The notes under the pieces: generated by a model | Told to the model about the DNA's origin: nothing | Database searches by the model: none | Seen by the model: the letters and a program-made list of their open reading frames with translations, nothing else | Position numbers and translations under genes: made by a program | Shown: piece after piece, positions 43,545-53,284 of the stretch | Position numbering within the stretch: the stretch's first letter is position 1 | Layout: every line of letters begins with the position of its first letter | Origin: an uncultured Candidatus Saccharibacteria bacterium | Lineage (GTDB): Bacteria > Patescibacteriota > Minisyncoccia > UBA9983 | Direction: 5' to 3' | NCBI GenBank assembly: GCA_964456855.1 | Contig: CAYWCU010000003.1 | Span: 1 to 56,851, forward strand | DNA length: 56,851 bases

Positions 43545-44465
43545 TTAGAGCCATTTTTTGAATTTAAAAAACGAGAACATTATAAACATCGCGCCCAGCA
43601 TCATCGCTACGATTATCCAAAAATCCCCCCGGGTTCCCACAATGGGGAGATATTTCGTATTCATACCAAAAAGACTCGTAAAGATTGCCAAAGGAAAGGT
43701 TACGAACGCCATAATTGTCAGAACTTTCATAATATCATTCGTTCTGTTTGAGAGAAGGGAATCATTCGTCTCCTGCAGAGAACCGATTGTCTCTTTGCTG
43801 CTTTCCAGCATATTCCAAACTTTATAATATTCTCCGATAAGATTATTCAGATAATGCGCGAATTCAGGTCCAAAAAATTTTTTGCCGGAATATTCAAAGG
43901 AAGAAAATATTTCCTTATGCGGGCTCAGAATCCTTCGGAAATCAAGAATATTTCTCCTAACATGTGATATTTTTCTGACCAAATTATGTTGAGCCGGCGT
44001 CTGTAAAAACATCTCTCTTTCTATTCTTTCTATTTTTATCTGAATCCCGTCAAGTTCTTTTAAAGAAATATTGTAGAGCTGTTTGACGATATAAAAGAAA
44101 AGGGAGGTTACATTTTGAGAAAGGTTGCTGGCGCGCAATATGGAATCGGCTTCAAAAGATTTGCTAAGCTCCACTATGATGTTTATCGTTTGGTAATGCG
44201 CCGTAATGAAAAAATTTTTTCCGATTATGAAATCTATTTCATAGCTGACATATTCTCTGCTAACCGGATTAAAGGCGGGGAAATGGAGAATGAGGTAAAC
44301 AGAATCCTTATACAAATCAACTTTCGGGCGAAGGGTGGGTCTCAAAAGTTCGTCCGCCACAAGAGGGTGGATATGATATTTTTTCATCAATGATTTGACT
44401 TCTTCCGGGGTCGGAGACTCCAGATCAACCCATGTCATTTTTCTGTGCTTAAAAGTGGACATCAT
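43545..44465 (-). CDS. corA: CorA-family Mg2+ transporter
   Basis: RPKVD, two C-terminal TM helices with the GMN motif. Confidence 0.93.
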   Translation of the reverse strand: MMSTFKHRKMTWVDLESPTPEEVKSLMKKYHIHPLVADELLRPTLRPKVDLYKDSVYLILHFPAFNPVSREYVSYEIDFIIGKNFFITAHYQTINIIVELSKSFEADSILRASNLSQNVTSLFFYIVKQLYNISLKELDGIQIKIERIEREMFLQTPAQHNLVRKISHVRRNILDFRRILSPHKEIFSSFEYSGKKFFGPEFAHYLNNLIGEYYKVWNMLESSKETIGSLQETNDSLLSNRTNDIMKVLTIMAFVTFPLAIFTSLFGMNTKYLPIVGTRGDFWIIVAMMLGAMFIMFSFFKFKKWL

Positions 44466-44585
44466 CCTTTTTATTATAACATAAATGATTTTTGCGACAA
44501 AAAGAATTGGAGGAAAACCCCTTCTTGAGGTATTATTAGGGAAAACAGGGGTTGCAATTAATTCTTAAACCGGGGGCGTTTTAGT

Positions 44586-44614
44586 TTGACCGTGTTCCAA
44601 TAATTTGCGATAAT
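44586..44614 (+). promoter_or_regulatory. Promoter of the S41 protease gene
   Basis: TTGACC-17 nt-GATAAT, 8 nt before ATG 44623. Confidence 0.6.
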
Positions 44615-44622
44615 ATAATACA

Positions 44623-45831
44623 ATGGAACGTTTTAAGAAAGTAGCGTATATTTCGGCGATATCCGCCCTTGTTATCGGAGTTTTTGTTGCGGGCGTTTTT
44701 TTCGGTTACTCGCAGAGACCTGCGATAGAAAGAGTCCATAATTTAATAAACAAAGATTCCGTCAAACCGGACAATGTTGATTTCTCCCCTTTTTGGGAAG
44801 CATGGAATGATGTTGACTCAAAATTCGTTTCAAACAACGGATTGGACACCCAGAAAAGAGTTTGGGGGGCGATTGAGGGTATGGTTAAATCTCTCGGAGA
44901 TCCTTACTCAGTTTTTTTCCCGCCAAAGGAGGCAAAAATATTCAATGAGGACATTCAAGGAAATTTCGGCGGGGTTGGTATGGAAATAGGCGTTAGAAAC
45001 GGTGTTTTGACCGTTATCGCTCCGCTCAAAGGAACACCGGCTTATCGCGCGGGAATAAAGACCGGGGACAAAATAATTAAAATAGACGATAAATCGTCCT
45101 CCAATATGATGGCGGATGAGGCGGTGAGGTTGATAAGAGGCAAAAAAGGAACCAAAGTGAAATTGACCATTTTGAGAGAAGGTGAGGATAAGCCACTTGA
45201 AATAAAAATAATCAGAGACACCATCAAAGTTCCGTCCCTAAAAACCGAGTCAAAAAAGGATGGCATTTTCGTTATAAGCCTTTATCTTTTTTCAGCGAAT
45301 TCAGCCAATGATTTCAGGGACGCTTTGCGTGAATTTGTCAGCTCAAAAAAAACCAAATTCATTTTGGACTTGAGAGGAAACCCGGGTGGGTATCTTAACG
45401 CTTCGGTTGATATTGCCAGCTGGTTTTTGCCGCTTGGGAAAGTGGTTGCCAGAGAAAAATTCAGTGACGGGAAGGAGGTTATTTACAGGAGTAAGGGCTA
45501 CGACATATTCAAGAAATTACCAATGGTTATTCTTGTGGACGGGGGAAGCGCTTCCGCTTCGGAAATTTTGGCTGGAGCTCTGCGGGAGCATGGAATTGCC
45601 ACATTGGTTGGCGAGAAAACTTACGGAAAAGGTTCGGTTCAAGAATTGATTAAAATAACCCCTGAAACATCTTTGAAATTAACCATTGCAAGATGGCTCA
45701 CTCCAAATGGAAAGTCAATATCAAAAGAAGGATTGGAACCGGATGTTAAAGTGGATTTCACAAAAGAGGATTTTGCCGCGGGAAAAGACCCGCAAATGGA
45801 AAAGGCGATTGAACTGCTTTTGAAAAAATAA
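44623..45831 (+). CDS. S41A carboxyl-terminal processing protease with PDZ
   Basis: GGVGMEIG, LDLRGNPGG, SASASE, TYGKGSVQ. Confidence 0.95.
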   Translation: MERFKKVAYISAISALVIGVFVAGVFFGYSQRPAIERVHNLINKDSVKPDNVDFSPFWEAWNDVDSKFVSNNGLDTQKRVWGAIEGMVKSLGDPYSVFFPPKEAKIFNEDIQGNFGGVGMEIGVRNGVLTVIAPLKGTPAYRAGIKTGDKIIKIDDKSSSNMMADEAVRLIRGKKGTKVKLTILREGEDKPLEIKIIRDTIKVPSLKTESKKDGIFVISLYLFSANSANDFRDALREFVSSKKTKFILDLRGNPGGYLNASVDIASWFLPLGKVVAREKFSDGKEVIYRSKGYDIFKKLPMVILVDGGSASASEILAGALREHGIATLVGEKTYGKGSVQELIKITPETSLKLTIARWLTPNGKSISKEGLEPDVKVDFTKEDFAAGKDPQMEKAIELLLKK

Positions 45832-45901
45832 TTTTCTTCTCTTTTCCGCCCATGGCGGGCGAATTTTGCATTTTTTCTTCCGCTATGATACCATCAAAGC
45901 A

Positions 45902-46354
45902 ATGAAAGTGATTCTAATAAAAGATGTTTCTGGACTGGGCAGAAAATATGATGTTAAGGACGTGAGCGACGGATACGCCCACAATTTTCTTATTGCGCGC
46001 AAACTGGCGGAGCCGGCCACCCTGAAAAAAATTGAGGCGACCAAGGTTAAGGAGAAACAGGTTGAGCAGTTAAAGAAAGTGGACGAGAATATTCTTGAAA
46101 AAAATCTCCAGGCACTTGAAGGACTTAAAGTATCAATTGAAGAGAAGGCGAACGAAAAAGGGCATTTGTTTTCCGGAATTCACAAAGAAGAAATTATTAA
46201 AATTTTAAAAGAGAAAAATCATATTGAAATTCCGGAAGGCTTGATTGATTTGGAACAGCCCATAAAAGAAACAGGAGAACATAAAATTTCAGTCCTCCCT
46301 CTCGGTAGAAAAAGCAAAGGGAGAGAATTCACTCTGGAAGTCCTTCCAAAATAG
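45902..46354 (+). CDS. rplI: 50S ribosomal protein L9
   Basis: MKVILIKDVSGLG, VSDGYAHNFL, GHLFSGI. Confidence 0.96.
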   Translation: MKVILIKDVSGLGRKYDVKDVSDGYAHNFLIARKLAEPATLKKIEATKVKEKQVEQLKKVDENILEKNLQALEGLKVSIEEKANEKGHLFSGIHKEEIIKILKEKNHIEIPEGLIDLEQPIKETGEHKISVLPLGRKSKGREFTLEVLPK

Positions 46355-46466
46355 GGCATTGTCATACAACTCATTTTAGTCTTTTGAAGCCCGACCTTGA
46401 TAAGTTCGTCTTTTTTATTTTTCCACATTTTGCGGATTGAGTCAGAATGGTGTATTATGAATATCA

Positions 46467-48152
46467 ATGAGCAGATACATTTTTGTTGTCGGGGGAGTTA
46501 TGTCCGGGGTGGGGAAGGGGGTCGCCTCTTCTTCCATAGGAAAAATCCTCCAAGACCAAGGATATAAGGTAACGGCAATAAAAATTGATCCCTATATAAA
46601 TGTTGATGCCGGCACGATGAACCCCGTTGAACACGGGGAAGTTTTTGTTACGGAAGACGGGCTTGAGTCAGACCAGGACCTCGGTAATTACGAGAGATTC
46701 CTCGATGTTGATATGTATCGCTTTAATTATATGACCACGGGAGCCGTTTACGAAACCGTTATACACAAAGAACGCAATTTGGAGTACGGAGGAAAATGCG
46801 TAGAGGTTGTTCCGGATATTCCGAAAGAAGTCATATCGCGAATTGAATTCGCCGCCAAGAAAACGGGTGCCGATTTCACAATGATAGAAATAGGAGGGAC
46901 AGTCGGGGAGTATCAGAATATGCTTTTTTTGGAGGCCGCCAGAATGATGAAATTAAAAAACCCATCAAAGGTTATTTTTGTTATGGTGAGTTATCTTCCC
47001 ATACCGGACAAAGTGGGGGAGATGAAGACAAAGCCGACTCAATACGCCGCCAGGACGCTAAATACGGCTGGAATTCAGCCGGACATAATTATCGCCCGGT
47101 CACGAAGACCGTTAGACGCTCCGCGCAAGAAAAAAATTGCCATATTTTGCAACATTAAAGAAAGCGATGTTATTTCCGCTCCAGACCTGGAGACAATTTA
47201 TGAAGTTCCGATAAATTTTGAAAGACAAGGGTTGGCTCAAAAAATTATTGAGAAGTTCAATTTTTTGACGAACGGGAACAAGAAGGACACACTTAAACCG
47301 CCGATTGAGGATAAGAAAAAAATTTCACGATGGAGGGCATTGGTGGCAAAAATAAGGATGTTGGACAATCGGTTGAATAAAAAAACAATCGATATCGGAA
47401 TCGTGGGAAAATATTTTTCAACCGGAAAATTCATTCTTGCCGACTCTTATATTTCCGTAATAGAGGCGATTAAGCACGCCGCTTGGAAAAACGGATATCA
47501 CCCCAACATAGAATGGATTGATTCCGAGCAATATGAGAAACATACCAATAAACTGAAAGAATTGAAGCGTTATGATGGGATTATCGTTCCCGGAGGATTT
47601 GGTTCGCGGGGAGTGGAAGGGAAGATAAAGGCCATCGGCTTCGCAAGGAAAGAGAAGATACCTTATCTTGGCTTGTGTTACGGAATGCAGTTGGCCGTCA
47701 TTGAGGCGGCGAGAAATCTCGCACGTTTGAAAGGCGCCAATTCAACGGAGATAGATGAAAACACAAAATATCCGGTGATACATATTTCGGAAGACCAAAA
47801 GGCAAACATTAAAAACCAACGTTATGGCGGTTCTATGCGGTTGGGGGCTTATCCGTGCGAACTTAAAAAAGGAACGTTGAGCAGGAAAGCGTACAGCGAA
47901 AATACAGTCTTAGAAAGACATCGCCACCGGTACGAACTGAACAATGAATTTCGCGAGAAACTGGAAGAAGTTGGACTAAGTATGGCGGGGATTAACAGAG
48001 AACGCGGCCTTGTTGAAATAGTGGAACTGAAAAATCACCCGTTTTTTGTGGGTGTTCAGTTTCATCCGGAATTTAAGTCGCGCCCATTGAAGCCTCATCC
48101 GCTTTTTGATCAGTTCATAAAGAGCGCGATTAAGCTTGGAAGGAAAAATTAG
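46467..48152 (+). CDS. pyrG: CTP synthase
   Basis: GGVMSGVGKG, KIDPYINVDAGTM, LCYGMQ, ERHRHRYE, QFHPE; promoter TTGCGG-17-TATTAT at 46430-46458. Confidence 0.98.
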   Translation: MSRYIFVVGGVMSGVGKGVASSSIGKILQDQGYKVTAIKIDPYINVDAGTMNPVEHGEVFVTEDGLESDQDLGNYERFLDVDMYRFNYMTTGAVYETVIHKERNLEYGGKCVEVVPDIPKEVISRIEFAAKKTGADFTMIEIGGTVGEYQNMLFLEAARMMKLKNPSKVIFVMVSYLPIPDKVGEMKTKPTQYAARTLNTAGIQPDIIIARSRRPLDAPRKKKIAIFCNIKESDVISAPDLETIYEVPINFERQGLAQKIIEKFNFLTNGNKKDTLKPPIEDKKKISRWRALVAKIRMLDNRLNKKTIDIGIVGKYFSTGKFILADSYISVIEAIKHAAWKNGYHPNIEWIDSEQYEKHTNKLKELKRYDGIIVPGGFGSRGVEGKIKAIGFARKEKIPYLGLCYGMQLAVIEAARNLARLKGANSTEIDENTKYPVIHISEDQKANIKNQRYGGSMRLGAYPCELKKGTLSRKAYSENTVLERHRHRYELNNEFREKLEEVGLSMAGINRERGLVEIVELKNHPFFVGVQFHPEFKSRPLKPHPLFDQFIKSAIKLGRKN

Positions 48153-48421
48153 AGAACGCTTACAACTTTATATTTTTTAGTTTGGCCGTCAAATCTTGTC
48201 TTTCTTTTTTCTGAAAATTTGACTTTCCCTTCTTTGATAGAGTAAAGCGTGTGGTCGTTTCCGACTTTCACGTTCTCTCCGGCAAGAATTTTCGTTCCGC
48301 GTTGGCGAACCAAAATAGACCCGCTTTTCGCTTGTTGTCCGTCTTGAAGTTTTACGCCGAGATATTTCGGTTTTGAATCCCGTAAATTACTGGCTGTTCC
48401 TCCTGCTTTTCTATGCGCCAT
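48149..48421 (-). CDS. rpmA: 50S ribosomal protein L27
   Basis: MAHRKAGG, RDSKPKYLGVK, ILVRQRGT. Confidence 0.97.
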   Translation of the reverse strand: MAHRKAGGTASNLRDSKPKYLGVKLQDGQQAKSGSILVRQRGTKILAGENVKVGNDHTLYSIKEGKVKFSEKRKTRFDGQTKKYKVVSVL

Positions 48422-48487
48422 AATACTTAATTTACTTCAGTCAAAATTAAGGATAAAATATCAAGATGACTGAATAAATATAGAAGT

Positions 48488-48904
48488 ATGTTAACAAAGA
48501 TAATTTTAAAAATCAAGTCCCATGGGGAAAAATTCGGAAAAATTCTTGAGCGAATCAAGCCACATGGGAATGACATTGCGATTGCCCTGATAATCATTTT
48601 TACAGCATTGATAAGCTTTGGATTAGGCAGATTGTCAAAAATAAGGGAAAATAAAACGCCCATTACGGTAACAAATATGATTCCCGTCAAAATTCCGGCA
48701 GGGAACACTACTGTGCCTAAACCCAATTCTGTCGCCAAGAAAACAGGTAGCCTTGTCGCGTCCAAAAAAGGGAGTAAATATCATTATCCATGGTGTTCCG
48801 GCGCTTTAAGAATAAAGGATTCAAATAAAATTTGGTTTTCTTCGGCAAAAGAAGCCAGGTTGGCGGGCTATACTCCAGCAAAAAACTGTAAAGGATTGAA
48901 ATAA
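48488..48904 (+). CDS. Membrane-anchored protein with C-terminal Ada-type metal-binding domain
   Basis: TM segment; VASKKGSKYHYPWCSGA...EARLAGYTPAKNC. Confidence 0.8.
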   Translation: MLTKIILKIKSHGEKFGKILERIKPHGNDIAIALIIIFTALISFGLGRLSKIRENKTPITVTNMIPVKIPAGNTTVPKPNSVAKKTGSLVASKKGSKYHYPWCSGALRIKDSNKIWFSSAKEARLAGYTPAKNCKGLK

Positions 48905-49045
48905 ATTTAATCTTGTTATTTGTATCCTCGGTAAAATATCTGATTGCTTGAAATTGTGAATTTTTTTGCGGTTGTAAATTTTAGGCGGAATGCTATATTG
49001 ATATCAGGTCTTTAACCTTTAAAATATGTAAAAACAGAGGAAATT

Positions 49046-49750
49046 ATGACGAAAATTACGAAGATAATTGTAGCGTTAGATGGAATGAAGCATGGCGAAG
49101 CATTAAAACTTGCGGAGAAATTGAGTGGCCGGGACATACTTTTCAAGGTCAATGATTTGTTGGATGACAGGGAAGGACCATCTGTGATAGAGACCTTGAG
49201 ACACCATGGCAGTGTAATGGTTGATTCAAAATTACACGACATACCAAACACAGTGAAAAATAGGATTATAAAGTATGCTAAATACAAACCGGAATTTATT
49301 ACTGTGCATGCTTCAGGGGGTATTGAAATGATGAGGATGGCAGCAATGAACAGTTCGGAATCCGCAATTCTCGCTGTAACGGTTTTGACATCTCTGGGCG
49401 GGGAAGAATGCAATATTAATCTTGGTGGGTCTGTTAAGGCAAAGGTTTTGCAATATGCGCACAACGCGGTTTTAGCCGGAGTGCATGGGATTGTATGCTC
49501 ACCAAACGAACTGGAGTTTCTTTCCAAATTCCCTGAATTAAAATCTTTAATCAAGGTGACTCCCGGCATCAGACCCAAATGGCATTTTGACCCGAAAGAT
49601 GACCAATCCAGAGTTACAACCCCGGCGGATGCGGCAAGAATGGGCGCGGATTATTTAGTAATCGGAAGACCTATTGTTGAAGCAGATAATCCTGTTGAAG
49701 CAGTCAAAAAGATTCAGGAAGAGATATCTAATGCTATCATGATGGCTTAA
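49046..49750 (+). CDS. pyrF: Orotidine-5'-phosphate decarboxylase
   Basis: IVALD, DSKLHDIPNT, TVHASGG, VTVLTS, VTPGIRP, DQSR, VIGRPI. Confidence 0.95.
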   Translation: MTKITKIIVALDGMKHGEALKLAEKLSGRDILFKVNDLLDDREGPSVIETLRHHGSVMVDSKLHDIPNTVKNRIIKYAKYKPEFITVHASGGIEMMRMAAMNSSESAILAVTVLTSLGGEECNINLGGSVKAKVLQYAHNAVLAGVHGIVCSPNELEFLSKFPELKSLIKVTPGIRPKWHFDPKDDQSRVTTPADAARMGADYLVIGRPIVEADNPVEAVKKIQEEISNAIMMA

Positions 49751-49810
49751 AATAAATAAAATAGCGGTGATTCTTAAAACCAATAGCATCACCGCTATTT
49801 TATTTATTTT
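49749..49810. terminator. Long inverted repeat / terminator after pyrF
   Basis: 23-bp perfect arms AAAATAAATAAAATAGCGGTGAT / ATCACCGCTATTTTATTTATTTT with a 16-nt loop. Confidence 0.8.
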
Positions 49811-49869
49811 TTTGAAGCCCTAAGGGTTGAAAACAATAATGCCACCTCAAAAGCCACCGATAAATCCAG

Positions 49870-50012
49870 TGACTAAGGGGTGGAAATTAGCTTTATGGAA
49901 TAGAGGGGGAGGAGTTTTTGGTTTCCCGGGAGAGGGAAGGAATCAGTTTTTCCAGTTTTTTTCGCCGGTTGAAAGTATGTCGTTTTATTTGTCAGCGAGT
50001 TTCAAAATTCCG
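49870..50012 (-). pseudogene. Decayed duplicate of the 3' end of the PD-(D/E)XK nuclease gene
   Basis: GILKLADK*NDILSTGE/KKLEKLIPSLSRE/KLLPLYSIKLIST versus EILESINKWDEILSADEKKLEKLIPSLPQEIREKLIPLRSTKKITT. Confidence 0.75.
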
Positions 50013-50079
50013 CAGACTTTTAAGGTTAACTGTATATTGGATTGCAAAGGCGAATATTTCGGAATATAATCTAAATGTG

Positions 50080-51978
50080 ATGGAAAACCTTGATTTTCTC
50101 AACAATAAATACAGTCTCCGAAATTCTCAGGAGGTGAAATCCGCCGCAAAGCGGACCGAAATAAGAGAAGGCAAAGAATTCCCTGAAGACCCGGGAGAAA
50201 GAATTCAAAATTACCTTGATCGATTCAAGGAGATTACAGGACGGAAAGACCCGCACGAAAGGGAGAGGGGGTTGGAGGCGTTAAAAAAGGTGCTTTGCAG
50301 AAAATTTGTCATCAAACCCGAGAAAATCCCTGAGACTTATTTAAATTCAATAAAACTTAGAAGAAGAAAAAGAGGGGACAGAGAGAGTATTGAAATTTCC
50401 GACGAGTATCGCAAAAGCATCTCCGTCGGTATTGTCAAAGACCAAGAAAAATCCTTAGGCAGGTGGGTGGATTATTTGGCTTCCGAGAATACCAAATTTC
50501 CGGATTGGCTTAAATATTATACTCTTAGGAATATTCTCAAAATGGGAAGATATAACAAGGAAAGGGAAAAATTTGCCGAGCGTTACGGAGGGGCAGTTGC
50601 TCAATTTGCGGATATCAACCGCGAAGCTTTGGGAATTGTGCTCAGCGATATTGAGGCGAAATACTCCGGGGATAAAAGCAAGACAGAGGAAGCATCGCAA
50701 TTTTTAAGACGGCACGACATTGAAACCGAAGTGAAAGAAAAATACAGACAAGCTCTGGATAAAAAAAATTTTTCCAAACTTTATGCTCTCGCCATAGAAG
50801 AGTTTAATCCCATACCCGAAGAATTGCTCAAAATTACCAGAGGAAAGTGGATTGAATATCCGAAAGGCTCTGATTATGCGAGCGTGGTAGAGTCCATTTC
50901 AGATTACGGCACCGGATGGTGTTTGAAGGGCGAATCCATCTCTGAATGGTATCTTGAGAATAACAATCTTTACATTTATTATTCTCAAGACAAAAAAGGG
51001 AATCCAGTTATTCCGCGAGTGGTTATGGTGGTAAACTCGGATAATAAAATTGAAGAAATGCGCGGCGTCGCCCGTGGGGAAAATCTTGATCCTTATATCG
51101 GAGAGGTTGTTGAAGAAAAATTAAAAGAGCATCCGGATGGAAAAAAGTTTGAAAAAGAATCAGCTGACACTAAACTTCTTACTGAAATTGACCGGAAAAC
51201 CAAAAATAAAGAATCTCTCAGTAAAGACGATTTGCTTTTTTTATACGAAATCAATTCCCCCATAGAGGGGTTTGGTTACGATAAAGAAAGAGCCCCGAGG
51301 ATTAACGAGATAAGAAAAACAAGGAATAGAGAAGAAGATATGCCGATTGTCTTTGATTGCGCTCCGGACCAAATAGCCTATGGGACAGAATTTGTAAACG
51401 GAAACACCAAAGCGTACATTGGAGAATGGAATACGGAAGTTTTTCAAGTTATTAGGAAATATCCGAATATTAAATACTTTTATGAGTCATTTCCTGAAAA
51501 CAAAATATTCATACTCAAGAATAGGACTAATCCCGACATTAATTCTCCGGGAAAAGCCGAGCAAGCCTTAAAAAAGAAGAATATTTATTTGTCAAAATTC
51601 GGAATGGATATTCTTTACAAAATTAAATTCAACAAAGAAGCCAGAACCTTTAAACTCGCGCAATTTACGGTTGAACAGCTCGGTTTCCCAAAAGGCGCCA
51701 CTATGGATGAAATATACGCAAAAGCGCGCGAAGCCGGGTTACTGCTTGTTCCTCCGGATATTGCCGTTCAGTTGGCTTTGCAATACAACGAAAAGGACTT
51801 GAAATTGATTGCCATAAAGCAGATTGCCGACCGTGATGGCGACTTAAATATCTTTAGTTTGGAGGCAGACGGCTCTCTTTGCGCTCGCGGTGCCGCTCCG
51901 GACAGCAAATGGGACCCCGATTTTCAGTTTGTTTTTTCTTTTCGCGAACCACTTGAAGATAAAAGGGTCTCGGCGTAA
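50080..51978 (+). CDS. Large hypothetical protein (632 aa)
   Basis: Long ORF with TATAAT 9 nt before ATG 50080; KWIEYPKGSD and GTGWC motifs; function not recognised. Confidence 0.8.
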   Translation: MENLDFLNNKYSLRNSQEVKSAAKRTEIREGKEFPEDPGERIQNYLDRFKEITGRKDPHERERGLEALKKVLCRKFVIKPEKIPETYLNSIKLRRRKRGDRESIEISDEYRKSISVGIVKDQEKSLGRWVDYLASENTKFPDWLKYYTLRNILKMGRYNKEREKFAERYGGAVAQFADINREALGIVLSDIEAKYSGDKSKTEEASQFLRRHDIETEVKEKYRQALDKKNFSKLYALAIEEFNPIPEELLKITRGKWIEYPKGSDYASVVESISDYGTGWCLKGESISEWYLENNNLYIYYSQDKKGNPVIPRVVMVVNSDNKIEEMRGVARGENLDPYIGEVVEEKLKEHPDGKKFEKESADTKLLTEIDRKTKNKESLSKDDLLFLYEINSPIEGFGYDKERAPRINEIRKTRNREEDMPIVFDCAPDQIAYGTEFVNGNTKAYIGEWNTEVFQVIRKYPNIKYFYESFPENKIFILKNRTNPDINSPGKAEQALKKKNIYLSKFGMDILYKIKFNKEARTFKLAQFTVEQLGFPKGATMDEIYAKAREAGLLLVPPDIAVQLALQYNEKDLKLIAIKQIADRDGDLNIFSLEADGSLCARGAAPDSKWDPDFQFVFSFREPLEDKRVSA

Positions 51979-52027
51979 TGCCACATAGAATAAACCGAGC
52001 TCGGGCGTTAGGGTAATTTTAAAAAAT

Positions 52028-53212
52028 TTAAAGATTTGATTCCCTTGCTTTCTTTTTTGAAACTGTCAATGTGGTAATTTTTTTCGTGGAACGGAGTGGG
52101 ATGAGTTTTTCCCGGATTTCTTGGGGGAGGGAAGGGATTAGTTTTTCCAGTTTTTTCTCGTCCGCTGACAGGATTTCATCCCATTTGTTTATTGACTCAA
52201 GAATTTCTTCCGCCTTTTCCATGTTGTAAGAAACGCTTTCGCGCGCCGTTCTGGTAATGTATCCTTCTTCCCCAAAAACTCTTTCTATCTTTTGGTCGTC
52301 CATAAAGCCGTAAATGGCGGTTTTCAGCTCGTCAAGGCGCTCTTTGTTTTTCTGGTTTTGCTCTTTTATTTCAAGATATTCTTTTACAATTTCCTTGATT
52401 TCTTCTTCGGTTTTCGGTTCGGCATCCGGACTCTTGTATAAATGTTTCCACATCGGGCACATTTCTTTATATCCGCACCAGTCGCACAGGGCGGAAGGAA
52501 GGGGAGGGAAGTTGTAATTGTCGGCGATGCGACCCTCTATTTCTTCTATTGAATTTAAAATGCTTCGCGTTGTTTCTTCCAGCTCCTTGGCGGAACGGGT
52601 CGTTGAAATTTTTTCCCCATGCTTTAAAAAATAGAGACTTAATTTTATTTTGCGAGGGGAGAGGTGGGGCCATCGTTTTATCAATCCGAGGTGATAGATG
52701 GACATTTGCAAATCCTCATCAACGGCGGCTTGGGAGGGCATCCTTTTGGCGGTTTTGTAATCAATAATCTCGTAAGAGTCGTCTTCCGGGTTTTTATCCA
52801 TTCTGTCTATAACGCCTGTCAAAATGTGTTTTTCTTTTGTTTTGGGGTCATCCAATTCAACGCTGAAAAATGATTCAAGCTCAATCGTATTAAAATTCCA
52901 GGGTTGGTTCTTTTTATAAAAATTCTTCAAAAGGGAAACGCCTTCTTCGCGATACGCTTTTTTTCTTTCTTGGGAGCTTTCATCTTTGAAACTTTCCGAT
53001 TGTTTTTCCCATTTATCATAGAAAAAATCAATAACTTCATCCAGTGTGGGGTAGAGGGGGGTGCGTTCAAACATATATTTAAGGGAGGCATGTATAGCCG
53101 AACCGAACGCCATTTCAATATTTTTAGGGACGCGAATCTTGTCAATTTGCTGGAATTTGAATTTCAGCGGACAGGTTTTGTATGTATCCAAAGAAGAGTA
53201 TGAGATACGCAT
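52028..53212 (-). CDS. PD-(D/E)XK nuclease, Cas4/AddB-like with four Cys
   Basis: SYSSLDTYKTCP, FGSAIH, GVIDRMD, IIDYKT, QMSIY, CDWCGYKEMCP; TGc-TATAAT 9 nt before ATG 53212. Confidence 0.9.
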   Translation of the reverse strand: MRISYSSLDTYKTCPLKFKFQQIDKIRVPKNIEMAFGSAIHASLKYMFERTPLYPTLDEVIDFFYDKWEKQSESFKDESSQERKKAYREEGVSLLKNFYKKNQPWNFNTIELESFFSVELDDPKTKEKHILTGVIDRMDKNPEDDSYEIIDYKTAKRMPSQAAVDEDLQMSIYHLGLIKRWPHLSPRKIKLSLYFLKHGEKISTTRSAKELEETTRSILNSIEEIEGRIADNYNFPPLPSALCDWCGYKEMCPMWKHLYKSPDAEPKTEEEIKEIVKEYLEIKEQNQKNKERLDELKTAIYGFMDDQKIERVFGEEGYITRTARESVSYNMEKAEEILESINKWDEILSADEKKLEKLIPSLPQEIREKLIPLRSTKKITTLTVSKKKARESNL

Positions 53213-53233
53213 GATTAGGGTATTATAGCATAA

Positions 53234-53262
53234 TTGCTTTTTCCGGAGAAGTGACATAAAAT
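53234..53262 (+). promoter_or_regulatory. Promoter of the 53-aa Cys-rich ORF
   Basis: TTGCTT-17 nt-TAAAAT. Confidence 0.6.
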
Positions 53263-53284
53263 AATCGTTGGAAAGGGAGGAAAT

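Noticed and set aside
48960-49045. PyrR attenuator upstream of pyrF
   Set aside because: CTTTAA is present but the AGUCC-N-GNGAGG binding loop and a terminator are not.
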